Assembly (NCBI GenBank): GCA_947458265.1 | Contig: CANGYF010000004.1 | Location: 232,041 to 296,040 of the forward strand | From: Betaproteobacteria bacterium | GTDB taxonomy: Bacteria; Pseudomonadota; Gammaproteobacteria; Burkholderiales; CAIKXV01 | Direction: 5' to 3' | DNA length: 64,000 nt | Shown here: one piece after another, positions 19,000 to 27,332 of the stretch | How the letters are laid out: each line of letters begins with the position of its first letter | How positions within the stretch are numbered: position 1 is the stretch's first letter | Translations under genes and position numbers: made by a program | Notes under the pieces: model-generated | What the model saw: the letters and a program-made list of their open reading frames with translations, nothing else | The model's database searches: none | Told to the model about the DNA's origin: nothing

Positions 19000-20444
19000 T
19001 GGGCACCGACCTGCCGCCAACCCTGGTCGATGCGCTGGCCGCGCTGCGCGCCGGCACGCTCAGCTCGGTCGAACTGACGGCAGCCTGCATCGAGCGTGCG
19101 CGCGTGGCCCAGCCGCAGCTCAACGCATTCCTCTCGCTGGAGGCCGATGCCGCGCTGGCGTCCGCGACGGCCAGCGACGAGGCGCGCGCGCGCGCCGCCC
19201 GCGGCGCACCGGCACCAGGGTTGCTGCACGGCGTGCCGCTGGCCCACAAGGACATGTACTACCGCGCCGGCAAGGTCGCGACCTGCGGCTCGCGCATCCG
19301 GCGCGACTGGGTGGCGCCGGTCACGGCCACCGCCCTGGCCCGGCTGGAGGCGGCGGGTGCGCTCAACCTCGGTACGCTCAACCTTGCCGAGTTCGCATTC
19401 AGCCCGACCGGCCACAACGTGCACTTCGGCGACTGCTGCAATCCCTGGAACCCGGCTTACATCACCGGCGGATCGTCCAGCGGCAGCGCGGCGGCGGTGG
19501 CCGCGGGTCTGGTCTATGGCGCCCTCGGCTCCGACACCGGGGGATCGATCCGGGTGCCGGCGGCGCTGTGCGGCATCAGCGGCATCAAGCCGACGTGGGG
19601 CCGGGTGAGCCGCGCCGGCGCGATGCCGCTGTCGCAGTCGCTCGACCACGTCGGGCCGCTGGCCCGTTCGATCGCCGACTGTGCCTGGCTGCTGCAGGTG
19701 ATCGCCGGTGCCGACGCGGCCGATCCCACCGCCACCCTGCGCGAGGTGCCCGACCTGGTCGGTGCGCTCGGCCGGCCGATCGACGGGCTGCGCATAGGGC
19801 TGGCCGATGGCTATTTCGACCGTGACCTGGCAGCGCCGATCGCCGCCGCGCTGGAGGCGGCGGCGGCCGCTTTCGTGGCGCTCGGCGCACACGTGGTGCG
19901 GGTGCCGATGCCGGTGCTCGACCCGGTGAACGCCGCCGGGACGGTGCTGATGTGGGCGGAGGCCGCCAGCGCCCACCAGGCCTGGCTTGCCGAGCGGCCG
20001 CAGGACTACGGTGCCCAGGTCCGTTCCCGTCTCGAACACGGCGCGGCCCTGGGCGCGCTGCAGTACCAGCAGGCACTGAAGCAGCGCGGCCCCGCGCTCG
20101 ACGACTTCTGCCGGCGGGTGTTCGATCGCTGCGACCTGCTGCTGGTGCCGACCCACTCGCAACCCGTGCCCACCCGCGCCGAGACCGACCTGGTCGATCG
20201 GCCGGAGGCGGCGGTGGTACTCGGTGCACTGACCCGCCTGACCCGGCCGTTCAACTACCTCGGCCTGCCGACTGCATCGCTGCCGGCAGGGTTCGACGGC
20301 AACGGCATGCCGATCGGCCTGCAACTGGTCGGCGCCCCCTGGAGCGAGCCGCTGCTTTGCACCGCCGGCGATGCCTTCCAGCGCGAAACCGACTGGCACC
20401 TGCGCCGGCCGTGCATCAGCACAACAGGGAACCTGCAACCATGA
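18999..20444 (+). CDS. Amidase-signature enzyme, AtzE/GatA-like
   Basis: 'GVPLAHKDMY' plus the amidase signature 'GGSSSGSAAAVAAGLVYGALGSDTGGSIRVPAALCGISGIKPTWGRVS'. Confidence 0.85.
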   Translation: MGTDLPPTLVDALAALRAGTLSSVELTAACIERARVAQPQLNAFLSLEADAALASATASDEARARAARGAPAPGLLHGVPLAHKDMYYRAGKVATCGSRIRRDWVAPVTATALARLEAAGALNLGTLNLAEFAFSPTGHNVHFGDCCNPWNPAYITGGSSSGSAAAVAAGLVYGALGSDTGGSIRVPAALCGISGIKPTWGRVSRAGAMPLSQSLDHVGPLARSIADCAWLLQVIAGADAADPTATLREVPDLVGALGRPIDGLRIGLADGYFDRDLAAPIAAALEAAAAAFVALGAHVVRVPMPVLDPVNAAGTVLMWAEAASAHQAWLAERPQDYGAQVRSRLEHGAALGALQYQQALKQRGPALDDFCRRVFDRCDLLLVPTHSQPVPTRAETDLVDRPEAAVVLGALTRLTRPFNYLGLPTASLPAGFDGNGMPIGLQLVGAPWSEPLLCTAGDAFQRETDWHLRRPCISTTGNLQP

Positions 20445-21331
20445 TCGAACGCGACTTCAAGGGCTACGGCACGAACCCGCCGGACATGCGCTGGCCGAAC
20501 GGCGGCCGCTTCGCCGTGTCGTTCGTGCTCAACATAGAGGAGGGGGCCGAGCTCAACATCGGCGATGGCGACGACCGCAACGAGGCGCGGCACGAGGTTC
20601 GCCAGGAGGTCGTCGGCGTACCCGATCTGTGCACCGCCTCGCACTACGAGTATTCGACCCGGGTGGCCTACTGGCGGATCATGCAGGAGTTCGAGCGGGC
20701 AGGGATGCCGGTCACCTTCAACGTCTGCACCCGCGCGCTGGAGCGCTCGCCTTGGATCGCCGAGGATGGCGTGCGGCGCGGCGCCGAGTTCATGTGCCAC
20801 AGCTACCGCTGGGAATCGCACTACGGCATGACGCCCGACCAGGAACTGGCCGCGATCCGCAAGGGCGTGGCAGGGATCCGCCGGCTCACCGGCGAGCGGC
20901 CGATCGGCTGGCACACCCGCTCATCGCCGTCGGTGAACACCCGGCGGCTGATCGCGCAGGAGGGGTTCCTGTACGACAACGATGCCTACAACGACGACCT
21001 GCCGTACTACGTGCAGACGAACGGCAAGCCGCACCTGGTCGTGCCCTACTGTTTCGACACCAACGACATGCGCTTCCACGACAGCTATGCCTTCGTGCGC
21101 GGCAGCGATTTCGCCGACTACACCATCGACGCGTTCGACTGGCTCAATGCCGAGTCGGTGCATGCGCCGAAGATGCTGTCGATCGGGCTGCACATCCGGA
21201 TCATCGGGCGCGCGGGCCGGATGGCCGGGCTGCGTGCGCTGCTCGACCATGTGAAGAACGTCCCCGGCGTCTGGTGCGCCCAGCGCCGGGATATTGCACG
21301 CCACTGGCTCAAGGCGGTACCTCCCGAATGA
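20441..21331 (+). CDS. PuuE-like polysaccharide-deacetylase-fold hydrolase (second paralogue)
   Basis: 'RDFKGYGTNPPDMRWPNGGRFAVSFVLNIEEGAE', 'HSYRWESH' and 'LVVPYCFDTNDMRF' are colinear with the puuE at 14043-14966. ATGA overlaps at both ends. Confidence 0.8.
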   Translation: MIERDFKGYGTNPPDMRWPNGGRFAVSFVLNIEEGAELNIGDGDDRNEARHEVRQEVVGVPDLCTASHYEYSTRVAYWRIMQEFERAGMPVTFNVCTRALERSPWIAEDGVRRGAEFMCHSYRWESHYGMTPDQELAAIRKGVAGIRRLTGERPIGWHTRSSPSVNTRRLIAQEGFLYDNDAYNDDLPYYVQTNGKPHLVVPYCFDTNDMRFHDSYAFVRGSDFADYTIDAFDWLNAESVHAPKMLSIGLHIRIIGRAGRMAGLRALLDHVKNVPGVWCAQRRDIARHWLKAVPPE

Positions 21332-22080
21332 AACTGCTCGTCATCAACGGCAACATGACCCAGGCGATCACCGATGCCTGCGCGAACGCGGCGCGCGAAG
21401 TCGCCTCGCCCGGCACGGAAGTGGTCGGTGCCACCGGAACCTTCGGTCCGCGGGTGATCGGCAGCCGCAGCGAGAACGCGCTGGCCCAGCACGGCATGCT
21501 CGAACTGGCCGCGAAGCACGCACCCGGCTGCGATGCGGTGGTGATCGCCGTATCGATGGACACCGGGCTGCCGGCCTTGCGTGAACTGCTGTCGATCCCG
21601 GTGGTCGGCATGACCGAGGCGGGCGCGCTGATGGCCTGCACCGTCGGCGCGAAGTTCGCGGTGGTCACCTTCGGCCGGCGGCATATCGCAACCTACGGCG
21701 AACTGATCGACAGCTATGGCCTGGGTTCCCGCTGCGTGGGCGTGGAGGCGATCGACGCCGGTCCGACCGCCGCACTTGCCGATCCGCGCGGGGCGGTGCA
21801 GGCGCTCGCGGGCCTCGCGACCCGCGCGATCGAGGAACGCGGCGCGGAAGTCATCCTCATGGCCGGTGCAGTCGCCGCCGGATGGCAGCGGGACCTGCAG
21901 GCGCTGCTGCCGGTGCCGGTCGTCGAGGGCGTTCGCTGCGCGACGCTGATGGCCGAGTCGCTGGTGCGGATGAAGATGCCCAAGCCCACGGTGGGCAGCT
22001 ATTCATCGCCGGGCGTACGCGCCGTGAGCGGCGTGGATCCCGCGCTGCTTGCCCTGTTCGGCGGCACGCCTGCGGGCTGA
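21328..22080 (+). CDS. Hydantoin/allantoin-racemase-like protein (Asp/Glu/hydantoin racemase family), non-canonical active site
   Basis: 'MKLLVINGNMT...CDAVVIAVSMDTGLPALRELLSIPVVGMTEAG...AEVILMAGAVAAG...PVPVVEGV' is colinear with hydantoin racemases, but the two Cys positions read Val and Gly. Confidence 0.8.
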   Translation: MKLLVINGNMTQAITDACANAAREVASPGTEVVGATGTFGPRVIGSRSENALAQHGMLELAAKHAPGCDAVVIAVSMDTGLPALRELLSIPVVGMTEAGALMACTVGAKFAVVTFGRRHIATYGELIDSYGLGSRCVGVEAIDAGPTAALADPRGAVQALAGLATRAIEERGAEVILMAGAVAAGWQRDLQALLPVPVVEGVRCATLMAESLVRMKMPKPTVGSYSSPGVRAVSGVDPALLALFGGTPAG

Positions 22081-22093
22081 AACGCAACGGACA

Positions 22094-22123
22094 GCGACTG
22101 ACGGCGACTTACGGCGACTGACG
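22094..22123. repeat. Three tandem copies of a 10-mer (GCGACTGACG / GCGACTTACG / GCGACTGACG)
   Basis: Read directly at 22094-22103, 22104-22113 and 22114-22123, just after the racemase-like stop in the 247-nt spacer before tctC. Confidence 0.8.
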
Positions 22124-22327
22124 CACTGCGGTGAGGCGCGCGCCCTGCAATGGTGCGTGACCTGTGCATCCCGGTGCGTTTCGGGAGCATGAGGCCCTGA
22201 TTGTCCCCAAGGAGACCGCTGCAGGGACACTGTCCCGCGGATCAGGAACGCTCCTTGCTCAAGGCTGCACCCGTCGCGACGACTCCGGTCGTCGTCCGCA
22301 GCCCGAGAGATCCAGGAGACAGTACCC

Positions 22328-23296
22328 ATGCGTCTTGCCAGCACGTCGTTGATGGTTGCCCTTTCATGCACGCTCGCAGCGCCAGTGTTTGCGCAGGGAA
22401 AGTGGCCGGAGCGTCCGATCCGCGTGATCAACCCGTTCACCCCTGGCGGCACCTCCGACCTGCTGATGCGGCTGAGCACCGAGCGCGTCGAGAAGGCCCT
22501 GGGTACGCAGCTGATCATCGAGAGCCGGCCCGGTGCCGGCGGTTCGATCGGCAGCGCAGTGGTCGCGCAGGCACCGGCCGATGGCTACACGCTTCTGGTG
22601 ACCACCACCGGCCCGGCCGCCATCGCGCAGGTGCTGTTCGAGAAGCCACCGTACGACGTGGTCAAGGATTTCACCTACCTGTACATGTTCGGCGGTGCGC
22701 CGATCCTGGTCGCGGTCAGTGCCAAGTCGCCGATCAAGACCATCCAGGACTTCGTGGCTGCCGCGAAGAAGTCGCCGCAGACCTTCGCCAACAGCGGTAC
22801 CGGCAGCGTCGGACATCTCACCGGCGCACTGTTCGCGGGCGAGGCCGGCGTGAGGCTCACGCATGTGCCGTTCAAGGGCGCGCCTGAGGCGCAGGCGAGC
22901 ATCGTTTCGGGTGAAGTCGTCTCGCTCTGGAACACGCTGGGCGCGCATGTCGGCGGCCTGAAGGGTGGCGAGATCCGGGGCATCGCAGTGACCTCGCACG
23001 ACCGTTCGCCGCAGTTCCCGGAGATCCCGACCTTGCGCGAGCTCGGCTTCCCGGACGTCGTGGTCACCAACTGGTTCCTGATGGCCGGCCCGGCGAACCT
23101 GCCGCAGGACATCGTGCAGCGGGTCAACAGTGCCTTCACCGAGGCCGGCAAGGACCCGAAGGCCGCTGCCGGCATCGCGGCCCTCGGCGTACAGCCGATC
23201 CCCGGCCTGAACCTGAAGAACTACACCGACTTCATCCGCAAGGAAGTGGCGGTCTGGGGCAAGGTGATGAAGGAACACGCGATCAAGCGGCAGTAA
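22328..23296 (+). CDS. tctC: Tripartite tricarboxylate transporter substrate-binding protein
   Basis: Bug motifs 'WPERPIRVINPFTPGGTSDLLMR' and 'VPFKGAPEAQASIVSGEV'. tctB and tctA follow directly. Confidence 0.9.
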   Translation: MRLASTSLMVALSCTLAAPVFAQGKWPERPIRVINPFTPGGTSDLLMRLSTERVEKALGTQLIIESRPGAGGSIGSAVVAQAPADGYTLLVTTTGPAAIAQVLFEKPPYDVVKDFTYLYMFGGAPILVAVSAKSPIKTIQDFVAAAKKSPQTFANSGTGSVGHLTGALFAGEAGVRLTHVPFKGAPEAQASIVSGEVVSLWNTLGAHVGGLKGGEIRGIAVTSHDRSPQFPEIPTLRELGFPDVVVTNWFLMAGPANLPQDIVQRVNSAFTEAGKDPKAAAGIAALGVQPIPGLNLKNYTDFIRKEVAVWGKVMKEHAIKRQ

Positions 23297-23299
23297 CCG

Positions 23300-23752
23300 G
23301 TGCAGGCCTCGCACAGCCGCGCCGGGCAGGGCCTTGGCGCCGGGCTGATGTTCATCTGCCTGGGCGCGCTCGGGCTCTGGTTCGGCCGGGGGCTTGCGGT
23401 CGGCAGCGCGCAGGAGATGGGGCCCGGCTATGCGCCAGCCCTGATTTCCTGGGGAATGGTGCTGGTCGGTGCGATCGCGCTGGTTCGCTCGCTGCTGCGC
23501 GGCAGCGAGGCGATCGAGCCGGTGTCGCCGCGCGCGGTGCTGGGCATCATCGCCGCCCTGGGCGTGTTCGCTGCGACCATCGGCAGCCTCGGGCTGGTGC
23601 TGTGCTCGCTGGTCACGGTGGCTGTGGCCTGTCTGATCGAGCCGAAACTGCGCTGGAAGGAAGTGGTGCTGCTGTCCGCCGGGTTGTCGGCCGCGGCAGT
23701 CGTCCTGTTCGTCTGGGTGCTGCGCATCCCGTTCCGCACCTGGCCGTTCTGA
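23300..23752 (+). CDS. tctB: Tripartite tricarboxylate transporter small membrane subunit
   Basis: 150 aa, four hydrophobic helices. GTG start 4 nt after the tctC stop. The stop abuts the tctA ATG. Confidence 0.8.
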   Translation: MQASHSRAGQGLGAGLMFICLGALGLWFGRGLAVGSAQEMGPGYAPALISWGMVLVGAIALVRSLLRGSEAIEPVSPRAVLGIIAALGVFAATIGSLGLVLCSLVTVAVACLIEPKLRWKEVVLLSAGLSAAAVVLFVWVLRIPFRTWPF

Positions 23753-25258
23753 ATGGACCTGATCGACAACCTCTGGCTCGGATTCACCGTCGCGGTCAGC
23801 TGGGTCAACCTGCTGTTCTGCCTGGTCGGGGTGCTGGTGGGTACGCTGATCGGCGTGCTGCCCGGGCTGGGCCCGGTCACCACCATCGCGATGCTGCTGC
23901 CGATCACCTATTACCTGGAGCCGGTGACCGCACTGATCATGCTGGCCGGCATCTTCTACGGCTCCCAGTACGGCGGGTCGACCACGTCCATACTGCTTAA
24001 CATGCCGGGGGAGGCGTCCTCGGTGGTGACCTGCCTCGACGGGCACCAGATGGCGAAGAACGGGCGCGCCGGCGCGGCGCTGGCGGTGGCGGCGATCGGC
24101 TCGTTCATCGGCGGCACGGTGGCGACGCTGATCGTCGCCGGCGCGGCAATCTACATCGCCGACTTCGTCAAGACCTTCACCTCGGTCGAGTACTTCTCGC
24201 TGATGGTGTTCGGGCTGGTTGCGGCGGTGGTGCTGGCGAGCGGGTCGGTGCTCAACGCGATCGGCATGGTGCTGCTCGGCCTGTTCCTCGGCATGGTCGG
24301 CACCGACCTGAGCACCGGCGCACAGCGCTACGTGTTCGGCGTGCCGATGCTCGCCGACGGCATCGACTTCGTGATCCTCGCCACCGGCATGTTCGGAGTG
24401 GCCGAGGTGCTGGCCAACCTGGAGCGACGGATCCGTTCCGGGCAGCCCACCGCGATCAGGAATGTCGGGCGCGCCGGCCTGACCCGGGACGAATGGCGCC
24501 AGTCGGCACCGGCGATCTGGCGTGGCACCTTGATCGGATCGGCGCTCGGCGTGCTACCGGGCAGCGGCGGCATGCTGAGCGCGTTCGCGTCCTACACGCT
24601 GGAGAAGAAGGTGGCGAAGGACCCGTCGCGCTTCGGCAAGGGCGCCATCGAAGGCGTCGCCGGACCGGAGAGCGCGAACAACGCGGGCTCGCAGACCTCG
24701 TTCATTCCGCTGCTCACCATGGGCCTGCCGTCCAACGCCACCATGGCGATGATGGCTGGGGCGATGATGATCCATGGCATCGTGCCCAGTTCGAAGGTGG
24801 TGACCGACCAGCCCGAGCTGTTCTGGGGGCTGATCGCGAGCATGTGGATCGGCAACGTGCTGCTGCTCATCATCAACCTGCCGCTGATCGGCATCTGGAT
24901 CCGCATCCTCGAGGTACCCTATCGACTTCTCTACCCCACGGTACTTCTGCTGTGCTGCATCGGCGTCTACTCCCTCACCAATTCGCCGCAATCGATCCTG
25001 TTCATGCTCGGCTTCGGCGTGATGGGATGGATGTTCCTGAAGTTCGGCTGCGAGCCGGCACCCCTGGTGCTCGGCTTCGTGCTCGGCAGCCGGATGGAGG
25101 AGAACCTGCGCCGGGCGATGCTGGTGTCCGGCGGGGATGGCTGGGTGTTCCTGCAGCGTCCGATCAGCCTCGCGTTCCTGGTCTGTGCGGCGCTGCTTCT
25201 GATGCTGGTCGTGTTGCCTTCGTTCAGCCGCAGTCGAGAGGTATTGAAGGAAGGGTGA
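23753..25258 (+). CDS. tctA: Tripartite tricarboxylate transporter large permease
   Basis: 501 aa. 'GVLPGLGPVTTIAMLLPITY', 'YGSQYGGSTTSILLNMPGE' and 'GVAGPESANNAGSQTSFIPLLTMGLP' are TctA hallmarks. Confidence 0.9.
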   Translation: MDLIDNLWLGFTVAVSWVNLLFCLVGVLVGTLIGVLPGLGPVTTIAMLLPITYYLEPVTALIMLAGIFYGSQYGGSTTSILLNMPGEASSVVTCLDGHQMAKNGRAGAALAVAAIGSFIGGTVATLIVAGAAIYIADFVKTFTSVEYFSLMVFGLVAAVVLASGSVLNAIGMVLLGLFLGMVGTDLSTGAQRYVFGVPMLADGIDFVILATGMFGVAEVLANLERRIRSGQPTAIRNVGRAGLTRDEWRQSAPAIWRGTLIGSALGVLPGSGGMLSAFASYTLEKKVAKDPSRFGKGAIEGVAGPESANNAGSQTSFIPLLTMGLPSNATMAMMAGAMMIHGIVPSSKVVTDQPELFWGLIASMWIGNVLLLIINLPLIGIWIRILEVPYRLLYPTVLLLCCIGVYSLTNSPQSILFMLGFGVMGWMFLKFGCEPAPLVLGFVLGSRMEENLRRAMLVSGGDGWVFLQRPISLAFLVCAALLLMLVVLPSFSRSREVLKEG

Positions 25259-25788
25259 GCGATCGTCCTTCCCTGCAAGCCTGGCTGGCGGCGATGATGG
25301 TGGTGCTGTTGCTGGCCGGTTGTGCCGGTGGCGGGCGGTGGGCAGGGGCGGGGGCGCAGGCGTCCGACGCACGGCTACGCGTGACCTTCCACCTGCACTG
25401 TTTTTCCGGCGTGCCGGCAGCTGGGCAGGCGCGACTCGAGTACTGGAACGAGGGCATCGCCCGCGGCAATCCGGATCCGGACTGCGTCGCACGCACGCCG
25501 CTGCTGCCGCCGGTCGACCTGCTCGCAGTGGTCCGCACACAGGATCCGGAGTCGGCCGTAGAGCAGCTTTGGCTGGAGGTCGAACCGTCGGCGCTGGCGT
25601 CCATCCGTCAGGCGCTGGACACCCACCAGCGCCAGGTGGTGGCGATTGCCGTGCAGGGCAGGCTGGTGTCGGTAGTATTCGTGCTGGGCACGGTGCCAGA
25701 GGGCGGCATCCCGCTCTTCATCGCGGACCGCGAAGCCGCAGCCGCACTCGAAAGCGACCTGCTGATATTGCTCGGTTCCAGGCGCTGA
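25255..25788 (+). CDS. Hypothetical lipoprotein, translationally coupled to tctA
   Basis: The GTG at 25255 overlaps the tctA stop (GTGA). 'VSDRPSLQAWLAAMMVVLLLAGC' is a signal peptide with an L-A-G-C lipobox. No family recognised. An in-frame ATG at 25294 is an alternative start. Confidence 0.55.
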   Translation: MSDRPSLQAWLAAMMVVLLLAGCAGGGRWAGAGAQASDARLRVTFHLHCFSGVPAAGQARLEYWNEGIARGNPDPDCVARTPLLPPVDLLAVVRTQDPESAVEQLWLEVEPSALASIRQALDTHQRQVVAIAVQGRLVSVVFVLGTVPEGGIPLFIADREAAAALESDLLILLGSRR

Positions 25789-25885
25789 ACGGCGAAGCAG
25801 TGAGTTCGGGTACGGACCTCCGGGTACGCACCCTGCGGATGCGCTGCGGCGCTCGACCCTGCTGCTAGATCGAAAGGAAGAACCC

Positions 25886-26314
25886 ATGTTGCCGGAAATC
25901 ATCGACCAATCGCGCTCTGGATCGGCCATGCCGAGTCCGTCGCTGGTCACGCTCACCCACGTCGTGTACGGGCTGCATTCGCTGTCGCTCGTGATCGGCG
26001 CCTTCGGCGCGGCCACGATCATCGGAGCCTTCCTGTTCGGCTGGCCTTCGATCATCGCGGTGATCATCAACTACGTGAAGCGCGGCGAGGTTGCCGGCAC
26101 CTGGCTCGAGTCGCACTTCCGCTGGCAGATCCGCACCTTCTGGTACGCGGCACTGTGGGCGCTGCTGGTCGTGGTGGTGTCGGTGCCCCTGACGCTGGTG
26201 CTGATCGGCTTCGCGATCTGGTCGATCGGCCTGTTCGCGCTCGGCATATGGGCGACCTACCGCATCGTGCGCGGCTGGCTGGCGCTGAACGACCGCAAGG
26301 CGCTGCAGCCATGA
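25886..26314 (+). CDS. Small integral membrane protein (DUF4870-like)
   Basis: 142 aa, three or four TM helices. AAGGAAG Shine-Dalgarno. The family call comes from overall layout only. Confidence 0.55.
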   Translation: MLPEIIDQSRSGSAMPSPSLVTLTHVVYGLHSLSLVIGAFGAATIIGAFLFGWPSIIAVIINYVKRGEVAGTWLESHFRWQIRTFWYAALWALLVVVVSVPLTLVLIGFAIWSIGLFALGIWATYRIVRGWLALNDRKALQP

Positions 26315-26326
26315 ACAGCCCGCCGC

Positions 26327-26367
26327 GGCCCGCACTTCGCTGAGCGGGCCCCGCGCCGTGCGCGGGG
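26327..26367 (+). terminator. Two adjacent GC-rich stem-loops after the 25886-26314 gene
   Basis: ggcccgc-N10-gcgggcc (26327-26350) and ccccgcgc-cgt-gcgcgggg (26349-26367). No clear U-tract. Confidence 0.4.
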
Positions 26368-26392
26368 AGGGCTGCCTTCTCTTGCAACAGGG

Positions 26393-26421
26393 TTGCCTTT
26401 ACGCGAGGGCGTGCCTATACT
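26393..26421 (+). promoter_or_regulatory. Sigma70-like promoter candidate for the DUF4198/TonB-receptor pair
   Basis: TTGCCT (26393-26398), 17-nt spacer, TATACT (26416-26421). It lies about 60 nt upstream of the ATG at 26482. Confidence 0.45.
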
Positions 26422-26481
26422 CGCCACCCAGTTGCATCAGCGGTGCATTGCCGCCGGTGCGGGACGGCGAACGGGGGCTGG

Positions 26482-27219
26482 ATGAGACAGGGATCGATCG
26501 GCGCGCTGGCCGCGCTCTTGATGGCGACGGCAATGGGGCAGGCCAGTGCCCACGGCGTGTGGATGGCGCAGCGGTCGGGCGAGATGGCGGTGGTGTACGG
26601 CCATGGTGCCGAGGACCTGGACATGATCCGTCGCTTCGAGCGCATCCGCGAGGTGAGTGCCTTCGATGCCACCGGGAACCCGGTGAAGACCGGGCTGCGC
26701 AAGACCGATCACCTGGTGCTGCTCGACCTGTCGGCGAAGCCCTCGGTGGTCGCGCTGGTGCTCGACAATGGCTTCTGGAGCAGGCAGGCCGATGGCAAGT
26801 GGGTAGCCAAGGGGCGCGACGAGGTGCCGGACGGGAAGGAGAGCGGCCGCTACATCAAGTACGCGGTGCGCCTTACCGGGCCCCTGAAGGGGCCGCTCGG
26901 GCCGCTGCCCGGCCAGGTTCTGCAGGTGGTGCCGGTCAAGCTGACGCTGCCCCAGCACATGAACGAGCAGATGACGGTCCGCGTGCTGTTCAATGGCAAG
27001 CCGGTGGCCGGTGCCCGCGTTATCCGCGACTACGTGGGCGACCCCGAGGCGAAGCCGGCGATCACGGGCAAGGACGGGCTGTTCACGTTCCGCGTGCGCA
27101 ACCAGGGCCTGAATGTGGTCGCCGCGAGTTACGACGCACCGCCTGAAGACCCGGCCAGGGCCTCCAAGAATGGCCTGCATGCCACGTTGACCTTCGCGCT
27201 CGAACACGGTCCGGAGTAG
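26482..27219 (+). CDS. DUF4198-domain periplasmic protein (metal-uptake associated)
   Basis: Signal peptide 'MRQGSIGALAALLMATAMGQASAHGVW', then 'VYGHGAED' and the C-terminal '...GLHATLTFAL'. The layout is typical of DUF4198 proteins that sit next to TonB-dependent receptors. Confidence 0.7.
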   Translation: MRQGSIGALAALLMATAMGQASAHGVWMAQRSGEMAVVYGHGAEDLDMIRRFERIREVSAFDATGNPVKTGLRKTDHLVLLDLSAKPSVVALVLDNGFWSRQADGKWVAKGRDEVPDGKESGRYIKYAVRLTGPLKGPLGPLPGQVLQVVPVKLTLPQHMNEQMTVRVLFNGKPVAGARVIRDYVGDPEAKPAITGKDGLFTFRVRNQGLNVVAASYDAPPEDPARASKNGLHATLTFALEHGPE

Positions 27220-27332
27220 CCGCCGACCCGGCGATCCATCGCGCGCGGCACCGGCTGCGCCGCTGCATTCCGTACCCCGCCCGCAGCAAGGGTGGGGCTC
27301 CCGCTCGCCCCCGTTTCCTGGAGGTATTCCCC

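Noticed and set aside
26315-26481. A possible cobalamin riboswitch or Fur box upstream of the DUF4198/TonB-receptor genes.
   Set aside because: I could not find the B12-box or conserved riboswitch core, nor an AT-rich 19-bp Fur-type palindrome. Only a sigma70-like promoter and terminator hairpins are visible. A covariance-model scan would be needed to exclude them fully.
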